The notes under the pieces: generated by a model
The model's database searches: none
What the model was told of the DNA's origin: nothing
The model's input: the letters and a program-made list of their open reading frames with translations, nothing else
Program-made: the position numbers and the translations under genes
In this document: in pieces, positions 1-14,250 of the stretch
How positions within the stretch are numbered: position 1 is the stretch's first letter
Layout: every line of letters starts with the position of its first letter
NCBI GenBank assembly: GCA_040954595.2
Contig: CM082581.2
Coordinates: 248,001-312,000, forward strand
Direction: 5' to 3'
DNA length: 64,000 nucleotides
From: Balanoglossus misakiensis
Lineage: Eukaryota > Animalia > Hemichordata

Positions 1-516
1 AAGTCCTTTTGATTGATTGATTGATTGATGAACAGTTTACCACCTTAGCTAAACACACAAACAGATCACCGATAGGTCCGAATAGCGCGTGTATGAGGGC
101 TTGGCTAACTTGTGACCTCAGTAACGATCATGTGAAAATGTCCATTTTGTTTGGTCGGGCATTGATTCTTGTCGGCAAAAACTGCCATAGGAAATTATAA
201 ACTTAAGTCAAATTGCTGAAACAATAAATAATAGTCCATGTGTCTTGATACTTCAGATCATGCATCGGTTCGACTCTGTCTGTAGTCGGCTACCCAAATT
301 TATTGGGAAGTTCGGCCTTTTACACATTAATACGTGTGGTTTTCGATCGTATCCTACCGGTCTTATTGGTTGACATTAATTTGGCAGTGTGCTATAAGCA
401 TATTACATCCTACATCAAACCAAAATAAAGCTTGTGATACTTTGACCATCAGTTTTTGTTTACTTTTAGTCGCTAGTGAAATTCAAGCTCAGTAATAACT
501 TTACAACTAACTTATT

Positions 517-660
517 AGGGGCCCAAGCCCCTATGGGCGGGGCCCCTATTGGTATAACTGGCGTTTTTAGGGACCCAAGCCCCTATGGGCGGGGCCGCTA
601 TTGTTATTACTTGGGTTTTTAGGGGCCCAAGCCCCTATGGGCGGGGCCCCTATTGGTATT
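517..660 (+). repeat. Three tandem ~52-bp units, each containing a GC-rich hairpin (probable reiterated terminus of a non-autonomous element)
   Basis: AGGGGCCCAAGCCCCTATGGGCGGGGCCCCTATTG occurs three times with few substitutions. Confidence 0.7.
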
Positions 661-1067
661 GCTGGCATTTATCTTCTTCTTGGGCACTTTCATCGGCCAC
701 TAGGATCTTGAAAACGGCTTAACCTACAATTCTCAAATTTGGCACAATGATGCAGGCCAATGAGATCTGGTGCAGTACGTTCGTGAATGTTAAATTAGTC
801 ACGTGACCTGATGACCATATAAGGGCAAAATTTTCAAATTGCTCTCATTTGCATAAAATATCACGAATCACAATTATTTTAAGATGCTTTGTGAACCATA
901 TTGCCATGGTCCTACATGCCAAATTTCATGGTCCTAGGGTATGCCAATTTTGAGAAGAAGATTTTTGATCATTATATTTCATATTTTTTCATTGACCATG
1001 GGGGGTCTGGACCAAGGCATAGGCTTTACTATACCTGCATAGTAAAGCTATGACAACATCGTATTTA

Positions 1068-1700
1068 AATAATAACACATGTTAGCGAGGGCAATATCAT
1101 GATCTTTGGCCTGCACGAGGGATGGTGATCTCTGACCATAATAATATTGATGATGCCCGAGCCACAGGAAAGGGCATCAACAGTATTATGGTCAGAGATC
1201 ACCAGGGTTAGGGTTATGTGTTATTAATTTTATTATACCGAACATTTGACCATACACAGCATAGAGGGTTGCGTCCATTTCGTACGATGCAGGTTGCAGT
1301 GAACTAAAATATCTCGCTGTACAGTGTACCTACTTCGAATTCAGATAAACCGCGATGTTGGTTGCGGCTTTGGTGTATTTGCTGTCCATTTGCGGTAAAA
1401 TATCGTCCAGTTAAACAGGTGTTAATCCTGTGTGTCGCTTTGAAGCCATATATGCGGGAGTTGACTGATCGTGAAGGAAGCCATTGAACGACAGTTTGTT
1501 ATGCGCAGAAAAGATGCGCAGAACCTAAAACCTGTTCTCAGCCGGCAATATACTCTCAGCGCACGCGTATCTCCGGCCCGTAGCCCCTACCTACGGGCCA
1601 TAGACTCTGTCAACCATGCAATATCACGTTTTTTTCTATGTCACGTGGTACGGTTTCAGCCAATCAAGACTACAGAATACAGAGTGAGGTGTAATAATCA
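1068..1700. mobile_element. Non-autonomous interspersed repeat with long internal hairpin; homologous copy at ~33888-34548
   Basis: Shared blocks such as GATGGTG.TCTCTGACCA and GCGGGAGTTGACTGATCGTGAAGGAAGCCATTGAAC; both copies end GAGGTGTAATAA. Confidence 0.65.
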
Positions 1701-4089
1701 AGTATTAAGGACCCAATGAACAAACCTTAAACTTGGCACAGTGGATGGGGCAATGAGTGGACATGTACCTAACCTGTGAATGTATAATTAGTCACGTGAC
1801 ATGATGACAATATAAGGGCAAAATTTACAAATAAACTATGACAACACCATATTCAAGCATGAAGGACTCAATGTACAAATTTTAACCATGGCACAGTGGA
1901 CGGGGCCAATGAGGAGACACATGCCTAATCCGTGAATATATAATTTGTCACGTGACATGATGACCATATAAGGGCCAAATTTACAAAAAGGCTATGACAA
2001 CATCGTATTCAAGCATGAAGGACTCAATGTAGCAATCTCAAACTTGGCACTGTGGATGAGGCCGTGTGGATGTGACCCCAACAATTAATAGTTAATTAGT
2101 CATGTGATCTAGCCATATGGCCTATACCTGTACAGTGAAGCTATCACATCTATTATGGCATTCTGGTCTATATTATAAAGGTCCTGGACAGCCAGTGTTC
2201 ACTGCAGCTTGCCAGCGATCACCATCAGTCCCTGTTCACTCCTTAAATGGAGACGTACTGCGCATGCTCAGAAATAAATTTGCATATCCCGCAAAGTTTG
2301 CAAGTGAGTATCATTCGCTGATTTGTTTACACGTAGACTTCGGTGATTTTCGACCCTATGGAGCGGCAACTTCGGAAAATTTCGAAGTGTGACGTTACCA
2401 GCACATTCCAGAAGACAGCATGGCATCGTCTGTACAAGTTGAGTGAAATACTTAGAAAGATATCGCCACATACAGTGACCGATCTGCCTGGGCTGCGTTC
2501 ATGTTTTTCTCTTGAAATCATGGACAGTGTTATACACCTCTGTATCAATGCTGTTTTAGTGACTTTTTCACACCCGTTCTTTTTGTTTTGAGTGAATAGG
2601 ATACTCAACTAACTACTGCTGGACAATGGGTGTGAGTTTCATGGCTCTCACATGATGGGGTAATTTGGGGTAACATTTTGAAAATACCATGTCATTTTCA
2701 GAATGCGGTTACCGTGTATGTACATGTGAACAGTAATACATGTACATGTGTAGGTCGGAAATTTAGATCGGGTATACATGTCTGCAGCATCTAACACTCA
2801 AACTGCAATATTGTCAAACATGTGTATTGTACACGATATACTACATGTAGTAATTCTATTAGATTTAGTCTGCATTGGTCAATATAATATACGGAAACTA
2901 AATATGTCGATCGGATTTGATCTTTCACAGGTCCAGCTGTGGTTGCGCAGAACACGTCTCCATTTATGGAGTGAACAGGGACTGCTGTATGCATGTGCAC
3001 ATCTGATTCACGAGGTTACACGTACTGCGGTTGCGCAGAACACGTCTCCATTTATGGAGTGAACAGGGACTGACCAAGGGGCCGAAATGAGAAGCCAAAT
3101 TTCGGGTGACCCCTTGACCTTTGACCCACCTTGAAAAACACATATCTACTTCTACGCTAACTAATACACCTAGGGAGCTGATTTTTGGTGGACAGGTACA
3201 ACTATTGGACCAAATCATTTCGCCGCAATGTCATGGACCTCGGTGACCGTTGAACTATATATAACATAAATGCTCATAAGTACGTAACTATTAGACCGAC
3301 AGACTTCATATTTGGTGGGATGAAGCATACACATGTACTTGTTACCCCTTGACCTTTGACCTAATTAATTATGTGCATACCTAATTCTAGGCTTACTAAT
3401 AGGCTAGAGGTTTTGTTTCGGTTGGACATGGACAAGTGTGGGGTCCAATTTTTCCATAAAATTTTGGGTGACCTCAGGTGATCTACTTTCTCATATCTCG
3501 GCATCCAGAGCAGGTACAGCCTTAGCATTTCGAGGGATGGGACTAAAATGAAAAGCCGAATTTTGAGGTCACCTGTACAACTGCTTAACTCATTAATTAT
3601 GTGTATACCTAATTCCAGGCGAACCAATAGGGCTGAAGGTTTGGTTTCTGATGGACCTGGACCAGTATGGGGTCAAAAATTTTGCCCAAATTTCGGGTGA
3701 CCTCAGATGACCATTTTGGCTTGCAGCTATATTTTAACCCTAATGCTACTAGGTGTCATACCTGTTTAGAGTGTCAAGTCCCTTAAAATATGTGTTTGCC
3801 ATTTTATCTTCCTAAACGTATTTTGACTGTCTTACCATGGCTCTCATATACACACTTGGCAGTCTAAGCCCCCTTAAATGTACTAAATCGTACTGGTTTG
3901 CCTGGTTTGGTTTGAGGGTCTAGTATAGGCCCTACTGCGTAACACGCCCTTGGCAGCCTAACAGGCCTGGGAGCCAGGATTCTAGGCACCCTGGATATCA
4001 AACTGACTTGGCAGCGTTATAGGGTTAAAACTATGTATAATCACATACTAGATGTTTGAAAAATGGCAATGTCTTCTCTAAAGGTTATC

Positions 4090-5100
4090 CATCCAAAGGG
4101 ATCTGACAAGGGTGTCCCCTTCATTTTTTGTTTGTCATAGAAATTTTCGCGACTATTATATTAGATTTAGGGTTGACTATCTGATCTAGACAAACTAGCA
4201 GCGTGGGCCAACAAATGGAAAATGTATTTTCATCCACACAAATGCTCTGTTCTGTCAGTAACAAGGAAACGTTCAATGATAATTATCCAGTACAGTTTAA
4301 ACGGGAAGATAATCAAACACAGCTCATCCGAAAAGTATCTAGGGTGCACACTGACAGCTGATCTTGATTGGCACCAACATATTACTTTAATATGCAACAA
4401 AGCAAACAAAACACTTGGTTTCCTCCGTAGAAATCTCAACATAGGATCAACATCGGTGAAAGAGAAGGCATACACAACACTTGTAAGACCACTAGTTGAA
4501 TACGCCTCCACTGTTTGGGACCCATATGAACAGACCGACATAGCTTTGTTAGAAAAACACAAAGACGCGCTGCACACTACGTGACTGGCAGATTTCGAAA
4601 TCGCTCTAGTGTTGACAACATGATAAATACCTTACATTGGACATCATTAGAACAACGTAGAAAAGAAGCCAGACTATCGATGCCATATAAAATTTCAACA
4701 GGAACTGTTGCTATGAACAATCTTCAGCATCTCCAACCCCTGCTAAGACTCACTAGACACATGCATATAGTAAAAGTTATAAAATTCCCAAATTCAAAAC
4801 AGACTACAGAAAATATTCCTTCTTTCCAAGAACAATCAAAGACTGGAATAGTATACCACCAGACATCATATCTGCAGGGTCACACGAATCCTTCAAATCT
4901 TCTTTGGCACTATACTTCACCAAACCAGAAAACTGACATTTTTGATGTCCTGTACTAGGGTGCACTCACTGGCAAAGCCTTCAATATGTTGAAGTTGGCC
5001 AGTAAGGTAGATAGATAGATAGACTAAAAGATAAATGGTGTCTACGATTCCAAACACATAAAAATTACACCAGTTGTGGATGACACAACATTATTTTATT
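4090..5100 (+). mobile_element. Degraded L1/Tx1-like reverse transcriptase relic, interrupted by a younger LINE
   Basis: (R)QGCP-like motif near 4100 and KITPVVDDTTLF (YADD-like) near 5060-5095 flank the insertion. Confidence 0.45.
4178..5023 (+). mobile_element. 5'-truncated CR1/L2-type LINE (RT C-terminal region) with (TAGA)n tail
   Basis: WANKWKMYFHPHKC...YLGCTLTADLDW...KANKTLGFLRRNL...YTTLVRPLVEYASTVWDPY; frameshifted; ends in gtagatagatagatagac. Confidence 0.85.
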
Positions 5101-6571
5101 TGATGAGAGTAGTGTTCATCATGCCATTAATATTGTCAAAAAATGTGTTAGTTTTAGAAACCCAACTAAATACACGAAAAGTTGGACTTTAGATTGGTTA
5201 ACTGAAAATCAGGCTGATTGCAATTTTTCGGAATTAAGTGGCCCGATGCTCCCAACAAGTCACTTGGAATGTACTTTCATTCTAATAATTTATTAGCATG
5301 GAGTAATCTTATTTTTTACCATAAGGGTGGAACCATGATTCATTCTCAAGAGGGGTCTGGTACCAATACTCATAATGGTCTTCGATACCGGCAGGCATGT
5401 ATAGCCTATGGCTACGCCCAGCATGAGGTGGTGATTCATACTGTTGGTTGTATGGACTAGCTGGGTTCGGTGTGGGCCTCATTGAATATGGGGGTGCAGG
5501 TGGCGTAAAATATCTGGTAAACCCTTCCAGTTCATATTGATGGAACGTCCCTGCAAACTCTCCAGGATAATGGTTCTGATCGCATCCCCTCTGTACTGCA
5601 CGTGGCAAAAGTGTCGAAATTGTCCCTATCCCATGCCTCCCCATAACTGAAAACATCCTGTCCCCAAGGCCCTCCTTCACCCAGACTTGGATCATACCTT
5701 GATCGGAAAGTGAGTCTGGGCATGGGTTCAAGGGCATCATTTTCCCAACACCAATAAGAAAGTGTGGGTTGAATCCCCTCCTTCCCACGAATGCTATGTG
5801 ATCTGTTGTTGTCATATTCGCCTGCCCTAGGACAAGGAGGGCAACTTCTTTTGGCATTTACCCCCATGGCTCCTATTGTTACTACTCATAAAACTGTCTG
5901 ATGAATAGTCAGTACGGGGGAATTTTCCGTTTTTGTGTCATACACAACTTTTTTATGAAACTCTGGTGTCAACCTAAGGTGGGGCATGTCCCGGGGGCAC
6001 ATCTTTCAACATGCTAGGTGTAACCTTACCAAATTTGTTTCTAAGGGCTACCTTTTCCCTTACCCCTGGTTAGTTCTCAGGGTCCTAGTGTCACATGTAT
6101 TGATATACACTTTGTGATTGGAGGTCATCCTGATCGAATCGAAGGTGGCTCGCCAATCAACTCAAGAATTAAAGGGACAAAGTCTCTCTCTCGCTGCCAT
6201 TTTCCCATTAATTATGTTTGTTATCACATGAACTGGCCCGTATAGCCACGTGTGTGACATAGAACATGGGATTTAATGCTTACTTACTTCCAGTATTGCT
6301 ATTTTCATGTATACACAAAAAATCAAATGGCTCCATCAATAGAAATTATATTCCGTGGTCAGATAAAATCATATGGTCACCATGTTTAATTTCATTGAAT
6401 GGCTCAGCTCATAGAACAGCCTCATAATTCATAAACTAGAACAGCGACACAAATTTTCAAGCAGATCTTGATTACACTTGTAGAGAAAAACAAAAAATCT
6501 ACATATTGAAAGAAATGGTGATACTTTGAACTGTATAAATTATTAACCCAAGACAATAAATCAAAACTTAC

Positions 6572-6694
6572 TTTGTTCACAAAGGTCACCAGTGTAAGAA
6601 TTCTGACAGAAACATGTGTACAGTTCACATGATCCAGATGTCATCTGGCAGAAACCACTGTTCAAGCACGGATTGGGATCGCATTGGTTGATTC
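6572..6694 (-). CDS. EGF-like domain exon (phase 1-1) of an EGF-repeat gene or pseudogene
   Basis: ccag|GA...A|gtaagt; translates INQCDPNPCLNSGFCQMTSGSCELYTCFCQNSYTGDLCEQ. Confidence 0.8.
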
Positions 6695-6896
6695 CTGGTT
6701 TTCAATACACAAGAAAGTTGGGACGATGAGCAATGGGGCAGAGACTGATCATCAAAAATTTGGGACAGGGAATTCCAACAAATGAGATCATTAAGTCATA
6801 TATGCAAAGCAAATCAGAAAAGAGAATCAGAAGATTTTCTCTGAAGGACACCTTGCAAATTCATGATTGGAAAGACACTGCAGTCACATGTATATT

Positions 6897-7930
6897 GTAA
6901 TGTCCAAACACTAGTGAGCATCTATACTTTATACATTCTGTAAAATGACGTTATGCAACATTCGGGTCATTATGAATAAAGTGCATGAACGAGGCTAGGC
7001 ACTCTCACTCTTACATGCCGGACTTGGTGTCTCGTGTTGTCATTATTGCCCACCCACGATTCTATATTTGGCGACGAGGACGGAGAACATGGAGAATCAG
7101 CTAGCCGTCAATGCCGAGTTTTCCTGTTCATTCAGACCCGACAACCACCAGTACGAGATGGAAAAAGTACATGGCTAGAGTAGAAAACGCATTTGTCGCA
7201 TTCAACATTACAGATGACAAGCGACAACGTGCACTGCTATTGCACTGGGCAGGTGAGGAAGTTTCCGACATCTTTGATACTCTACCAGATACAGGAACGA
7301 GCTGTGAAACAGCCAAATTAAAGCTTACGTCGTACTTCTCACCCAAACAGAACATTGAATACGAACGATTCATCTTCAGAGACACCATACAAAACAACGG
7401 CGAATCGATCGATGCCTATCACACTTGTTTGCAACGCCTAGCAGAAACATATGTGATCAAGAGGTCAAATCACAAATCATACGAGGATTCACATAAGCCC
7501 GTCTCAGACGTCGTGCTCTTCGGGAGGAGACGACACTAGAGAATCTACTGAGTACAGCCCGTTCGTTTGAGGTATCAGAGGTTCAGGCTAGTGGGATTGA
7601 GGAGAAAACCCAAAATAATGGTGCAGATACGGCATCTGTGAATGCGGTCAGAAAACAGCGCCATCAACGCCCGAAACAAAATAAACAAAAGAGAGCTCAT
7701 CAGCAGCCAGCGAAAGGACCATCCACTTGTTATTATTGTGGTGGCACCTATCCACATGACTCAGTATGTCCAGCTAAAGGCAAGTCATGCAGGAAGTGTG
7801 GCAAACCTAACCATTTTTCCAAATGCTGCCGATCAAGAGGCAAGGCAAATAGGGTAGACAAGGATGAAACTGTCAAAGCTGTGCATAAAGTGGAAGACAG
7901 CTCGAGAGATGAATACTGCTTCACTGTCAT
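6897..7930 (+). mobile_element. Truncated Ty3/Gypsy (Mag-like) LTR retrotransposon: putative 5' LTR, PBS and frameshifted gag
   Basis: AATAAA in the putative LTR; PBS TGGCGACGAGGA at ~7069; gag RWKKY...RQRALLLHWAGEEVSDIFDTL; tandem knuckles CYYCGGTYPHDSVC and CRKCGKPNHFSKCC; breaks off at the protease start. Confidence 0.85.
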
Positions 7931-8799
7931 TGTCACAGTCGCACAGAGCTCACACAAGAGGAAATTACACTTTCTGTTGAATTCACTGCATCCTGCTAAC
8001 TTTAAGTCATATATCCACTGAAACATTAAGTTATCGAATTTTCCATCGCAGTATTCTGTTTTATATACATGTATAGCAGTCCCACACATATTGATTAATT
8101 TGACAAAAGAAACTGACTTACAATTTTCACAGCACTCCCCAGTATAGCATCCTTGGCAGGTGCACGTCAATGCCACACACAAGGTTAGGGTTGGCAAGTG
8201 TCGCCATTTTGACATGGGTTGTTAGCACTGATCAATTCCTACGCATGACAGAAAAATGAAGAATTAGGCTATGGGCCAGACCTGCCTATCGTTTCAAAAT
8301 GCACTCTGTATATTAGGGTCTATTTCTTTTACATAAAAAGCAAGTCTTCTTGCATTAATATGATAAAAGAGAAAAAACTTCAACTTAAATATTGCGTCCT
8401 CAGAGGTAATATCGAGCCCTAAAAATCAGGTATGCTTATGCGGTTAAAGGTCGCGCAGTTCTCCTTATAACAAGCGATCTGATTGGTGGTTACGTGACTG
8501 GACCAATCACAGAATGCGTTATGTCACTCAGCAGTTACACACACAGGGCAAACTATCAGGCAGCTACATGTATACTATTATACATGTTACAGAAGATTAA
8601 ACAGAATTTTTGATAAGGAAAGTTTGAGCAGACTAGTCCATTCAATGTAAAAATAGCGTCAAGGTCACTGTGGTCCCATTTGAGGATTATGCGGAAACAG
8701 TGACACACCATAATAAAAATTACAGGTGACATTGCAAGTAGATATGATCTTACGATATAGAAATATGGAATGTAAAAAAATTAAGATATGGTAAAGTAG

Positions 8800-9736
8800 G
8801 CCAAAATGACAGCGCCCTCTATTGGCCAGAAACAGACATTCACACTTTCCCCCCATTAATGGCACTTTTTGGTCATTTGTAACACTCAGAAACAGGAATG
8901 TGGGTTGTAAAACATGCTTGCTACCATACATTCATGTGTATATTATCCTAATCCTGATATACATGTATCAGATCAATCTTGATTACATCTTCCTTCACAG
9001 TAACAATGTCCACTGCTGTCAGACTAGACCTAAAGCACCTACAGAAACATGTGCATGACTTTTGGCCACTGATTTCCTGAGGTTGACTCTTTTCTTGGGC
9101 TTGACTAAGAGTTGTCCAACTTGATTTCCACTGGGATTCTGTTGGTTTGATATAGCTTTGCTAAGTTTCTCACAGCACGTGTTCTTTAGGAGCTGCCTGT
9201 ATTCTCGAGAACCCTTGAATTTCTGGAGAAGAGGTGTTGTATTACCCCTTTGCATGACTTTGTGTATTGAACTGGTTGTTATTTCGAAGAACAAATCGTT
9301 CAATTAGTAACATACAATATTGATCTGATGCATGTACATCAGGATTAGGATAATATTCAAAGGGATGTATGGCAGCAAGCATGTTTTACAACCCACATTC
9401 CTGTCTCTGAGTGTTAAACTTGCCCAAAAAGTGTCATTAATGGGGGGAAAAGTGTAAATGTCAGTTTCTAGCCACTAGAGGGCGCTGTCTTTTGGGATCC
9501 ATATTGGAAAATGTCCGCCATGGGTCAATGAATAATTGTACCAAATTTCATGCTTTTAACCCAAAGTGCACAATTTTTAAGTATGAATGTCTGTTTCTGG
9601 CCACTAGAGGGCGCTGTCATTTTGGATCCATATCAGAAAATGGCCGCCATGGGTCAATGCATAAGTGTACCAAGTTTTATGCTTTTAACCCAAAGTGCAC
9701 AATTATGCCAAAATGTGGGGTTAAGCTCCTGCACTA
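8800..9736. mobile_element. Partial copy of the non-autonomous TAGTG-terminal (Academ-like) element
   Basis: Near-identical to 57530-59236 without the inserted MITE; ends CTCCTGCACTA. Confidence 0.7.
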
Positions 9737-10236
9737 TATTACATATATTGTTCCCCATTAGGTACTCTGTTTACTGTTGACAGTTTATCGTTCAATGGTG
9801 CATTCTGATAATTTATTATTTAATGCTCTACATAAAAAAATTAATGTTCTTGAAACCAAAACCACATAATTATACAGCATAACTCTCACCTTTCCAAAAG
9901 CTCCCACATAATCATTGTATTTCTGGCTGCCAACATTAAATTATGATGATTTCAAGGGAAAATTATCAGCTACCATATTGTTCAGACAACCTCTGAAATA
10001 TATTTTTTTTTTGTGAATAGAATTTTATTAAAGGTCCCAATGATACATGTATATATATACAAATACCAAATGGTACCTGTAAAAATGTGATCATATTTTA
10101 TCCATTTATCCTCTAAATTCACGGCCTTGTATTTCACTAAACTAGATATGGATTTCAATAACATGTTATGATGTACTAAGTCAAGAATCCTAAGAAATGA
10201 CAATACTTTTTAACTGAAATGACTCTATATCCTTAA

Positions 10237-11018
10237 GATGGGGCACCCATATCATTTTACCCATTGCTATCGGTCGCTTTGGGACATTACACCCAGATTT
10301 GGACCAGTCTAAGAAGGGGCTGGTACCTAGTTGAAAATCTGCACAATTGTGAGCGCGTGCCCCCTGAAGCCATTCATATGAAAATTAGCTAACTCAAATT
10401 TCAAAATCCTACCACTTTTCAGTCTGTGACGTCAAAAACGAAATTGATTACATATTTGTTAGGTGCTCGAACCAGAGAAGACCGTGAAGGAATTTGTTTT
10501 CGAATATGGTTGTTGTATCTGTGGATTTCAGCATACATATACCACCCCTGAACAAGTCACCGATTTTGGGTGTTTTTGGACGCACTCTTCCATCGGTATC
10601 GCTCTTAGTGCGTTGATAACCGCTAAATCGATCCTTCACGCTATGCGGAAGTGTGTTCTCTGTGAACAGGTGAAATCGGACTAGCGTACGTGGCCTGTAC
10701 AAAATGTCTTAGGGATTTTTTTTTACGATACTAAATCCAGTGTACAAAATCAGTGGAATTTTAGTGTTTGATCCAGTTACTGTGGTTACAGGATACTCAC
10801 GCTGGCGCTGACCATTGCTTTGCCGTACTAGCATGGTGGCCTATGGCCGGTTGGTAGCTCTCGTATCCATACTTGGATACAGGGTGTGCACACAATCGTA
10901 CATATTTTAACTACAGTAACAAGCCCCTTGTTGGACGTTCATAGTGGTTTTGTTCAAAAGCGAGTCAACTCTCCTGTAAAGGCCCACAGCAATGGCCAAA
11001 AGATAAGGGTGCCTCATC
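10237..11018. mobile_element. ~780-bp MITE, TTAA TSD, GATGGG...CATC termini (Kolobok-like), diverged copy
   Basis: ttaa|GATGGGGCACCC...GGGTGCCTCATC|ttaa; homologous to 12089-12884 and 62234-63028. Confidence 0.8.
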
Positions 11019-11237
11019 TTAACACCTGAAATATGTACTCACTGTAGCTGTGCAAGTTCTGGCTGTGGTAACCTTGCAAAGAAGTAAAGAATATCCAAGA
11101 CACGGCTTTTGAATGCCAGTGATGTGGCAGCATTTGACAGCTCAGCCAGGTACATTTCAAAAACTGGTTTGAAAGCCACATGTTTGGGATCCGAAGACAA
11201 CTGAGAACAAAGAATAGAAGAACACTTGTTGCATTAA

Positions 11238-11650
11238 GGATGTACGTTCAGTAAAATGGAAAGTATTATCATTTTTTTAATTGTGGATTTTTGGATTCTC
11301 CTTTGTATGTATAATGAAAATCCGTAATAAAATATAGGGGTAACCGCGCTTGTTTTTGAAATAAAGAGCCATGAATTTAGTCGATAATAGAAGAAAACTG
11401 CTGACTCAGCATTTTTCACCAATGGTTTGTCTATGGGCAAAATTTTTGACGCAATTTATCTAAAAATAGAGCGCGGTGACCCCTATATTTTATTTGACCA
11501 ATGAATTTATATTTGCTGGACTGAGCTATGTGAAAATTTCGTGAAAATGACAATAGTAGAAGTTTGTTTTCTAGCAATTTTCAATGTAATCCTATGCGAA
11601 AAAGACCGGGCGCGCACTGTTTCCGGTTTATGTTCTGCGCGTACATCCTG
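11238..11650. mobile_element. MITE with GGATGTACG...CGTACATCC termini
   Basis: Short terminal inverted repeat following TTAA. Confidence 0.55.
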
Positions 11651-11741
11651 AAAAATATCAATCAAAATTAAAGGTGTTGTGTCACAAAAATGATTCTTTT
11701 TACTTTAATTCAAAGAAGTATAAGGTAAAAACTCCTTTTAT

Positions 11742-12084
11742 AGGGACAAAGTCTCTCTCTTGCTGCCCTTTTTTCATTAATTATGATTGATACAAGACAC
11801 CGTTTATGTTATTCTACATGTGGATATATAGTGAATCACGTTTGACCACACACAACTTCCATCCCTTTTGAAGGCACGATAGGGAAACGCTCTCCAAAAT
11901 GAATAATCAGTGTTCACCATTTTTTCATTCGGGTGAGATTTTACTCTCATATCCTACAAACAGGATGGAAGTTCTGTGTGGTTGAACGCTGATTCACTAT
12001 ATCTAAATGTACAATAACATAAACGGTGTCTTGTATCAAACATAATTAATGGAAAAGGGGCAGCGAGAGAGAGACTTTGTCCCT
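11742..12084. mobile_element. Palindromic MITE (AGGGACAAAGTCTCTCTC termini); copies at ~39452-39790 and a fragment at ~6173
   Basis: Long inverted repeats covering almost the whole element; followed by TTAA. Confidence 0.8.
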
Positions 12085-12088
12085 TTAA

Positions 12089-12884
12089 GATGGGTCCCCC
12101 GGATCTTTTTGCCCGTTGCTATGGGCCTTTGTAGGACATTACACCCCGATTTGGACTAAGCCGTTTTCAGAGTCTAACAAGGGGCTGGTAACTAGTTGAA
12201 AATCTGCACGATTGTGAGCGCGCGCCCCCTGACGCCATTGATATGCAAATTAGCTAGGTCAAATTTCAAAAAGCCTAAGGCTTTTTATTCCGTGACCTCA
12301 AAAACGAACTTGATACGTATTCATTAGTTGCTTGAACCAGGGAAGATCGTGACGGATTTTGCTTTCAAATATTATCGTTGTATCCTACGATTTCAGCATA
12401 CCCGTACCACACCTGAAAAAGTCATCGATTTTGGGTGTTTTTGGACGCACTCTTCCACCGGTATCGCTTCTTAGCACGACGAAAACCGAAAAAACGATCC
12501 GTCACACTGTGCGGAAGTGCGTTCTCAACAAGCAGGTCAAATTTGGCTAGCCTACGTCGCCTGTGAAAAAAGCCTTAGGGATTTTCGTGAACGGTACAAA
12601 ATCTCTGTGTACAAAACATTGGATTTTTAGCGTTCGATCCAGTTACTGTGGTTACAGGACGCGCACGCTATCGCTGACCGCTGCTTTGCCGTATTAGCGT
12701 GGCGGCCTATGTCCGGGCGGTAGCTGCCGTAACCATACTCAGACAGGGGGTGTGCACACAATCATGTGTATTTTTAACTAGTTACAAGCCCCTTGTCGGA
12801 CGTTCATAACGGTTGCGATCAAAATTGAGTGTAGTGTCCTATAAAGGCCTATAGCAACGGGCAAAAAGATCAGGGGGACCCATT
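12089..12884. mobile_element. ~795-bp MITE, TTAA TSD (Kolobok-like)
   Basis: ttaa|GATGGGTCCCC...GGGGACCCATT|ttaa; close match to 62234-63028. Confidence 0.85.
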
Positions 12885-13227
12885 TTAAGTGGTTGGAAAG
12901 GCTATTTTTGAAGCAAATTCTCTCAATGTTTGTGAATTTATTTTCACAAGTTAGAATAAAGATAATGACTTGAAATTTGCAGCAAGTTTTTGTTAACAAA
13001 CTAAAAAGTGAGGGAAAAATATGACTAAAAATACCTGCTAAAATTATGAAATTTGATAGGCCTAAATATAAATATTCATAATTTTACAAAACATTGATTG
13101 AATCTTGACATGTTTTCACAAATTATTGAATAATTTGTATTCATTTTAATATTAAGCAACCCCTCAAGCAATGTACGGGACATTTTCAGCATAAACTTAT
13201 TTTTTTTAAGTTATCAGTCAGGAAAAT

Positions 13228-14250
13228 ATAGCGTCAGGGACACTGTGGTCCCATTTGAGGACATAGCACATAGCAACATAGCAATAATCATATCTGCTCT
13301 GGATGCCAAGATATGGAAAAGTAGGTCAAAGGTCACCTGAGGTCATGCAAAATTAGGGCAAGAAATTTTGACCCTATACTTCCACAAAAACCAAACCTAT
13401 AGCCCTATTGGTTAGCCTGTAATTAGGTATGCACATAATTAAATGAGATATGCAGGTGTCACAGGTGACCCATATTTTGGCTTTTCAATTTTAGTCCCAA
13501 CCCTCCAAACGCCAAGTCTGTACCTGCTCTGGATGCCGAGATATAGGAAAGTAGGTCAAAGGTCACCTGAGGTCACCCAAAATTTGGGCAAGAAATTTTG
13601 ACCCTATACTGGTCCATGTCCCACAAGAACGAAACCTCTAGCCCTATTAGTTAGCCCGGAATTAGGTATGCACATAATTAATGTGTTAAGCAGGTGTTAC
13701 AGGTGAGCCCAAAAATTTGCCTTTTATTTTGGCCCAATTGTGCTCACTGACCAATAGACAGTCACTGTACAGGACTATTGCACAGACCAGAATTCCACAA
13801 TAAGGTGTGGACATAGCTTAACCATAGAGGTATAAGTAAAGGTATAAATTTAATAAAAAATTCATAAAAAATAAAACATCCATGATATCAATTTAACACT
13901 TACAGGTCGGTGTGAGGTTGACAAAAGGTACATACATACAATTTTCAAAGGAAACTGACCAGTAATTGTTGACTTACAGAGTTTTGATCAATTTCACATT
14001 TTACAAGCTAATTTGCATATTTTTGGGCCTGGCAACTTCGTTTGGACAAACTCCCATCTACAGCCCAGCCTGCACCTACACACCAAATATTGACGTGATA
14101 CGCGCAGCGGTTTTCAAGTTTTTGATGTGGACGGACATACAGACATACATCCATACATCCATACATACATCCATCCATCCACACATACATACAGACGCAA
14201 CCCATCCCATAAGGTCCCATGGTATATAGGCCTATACCCATGGGACCTAA
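13228..14250 (+). mobile_element. Helentron/DINE-like non-autonomous element with (CATA)n tract and 3' stem-loop
   Basis: 5' GCGTCA.GGACACTGTGGTCCCATTTGAGG; 3' CCCATAAGGTCCCATGG...CCATGGGACCT hairpin followed by an A-run; family members at 34603-35248, 42560-43160 and 49186. Confidence 0.55.
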
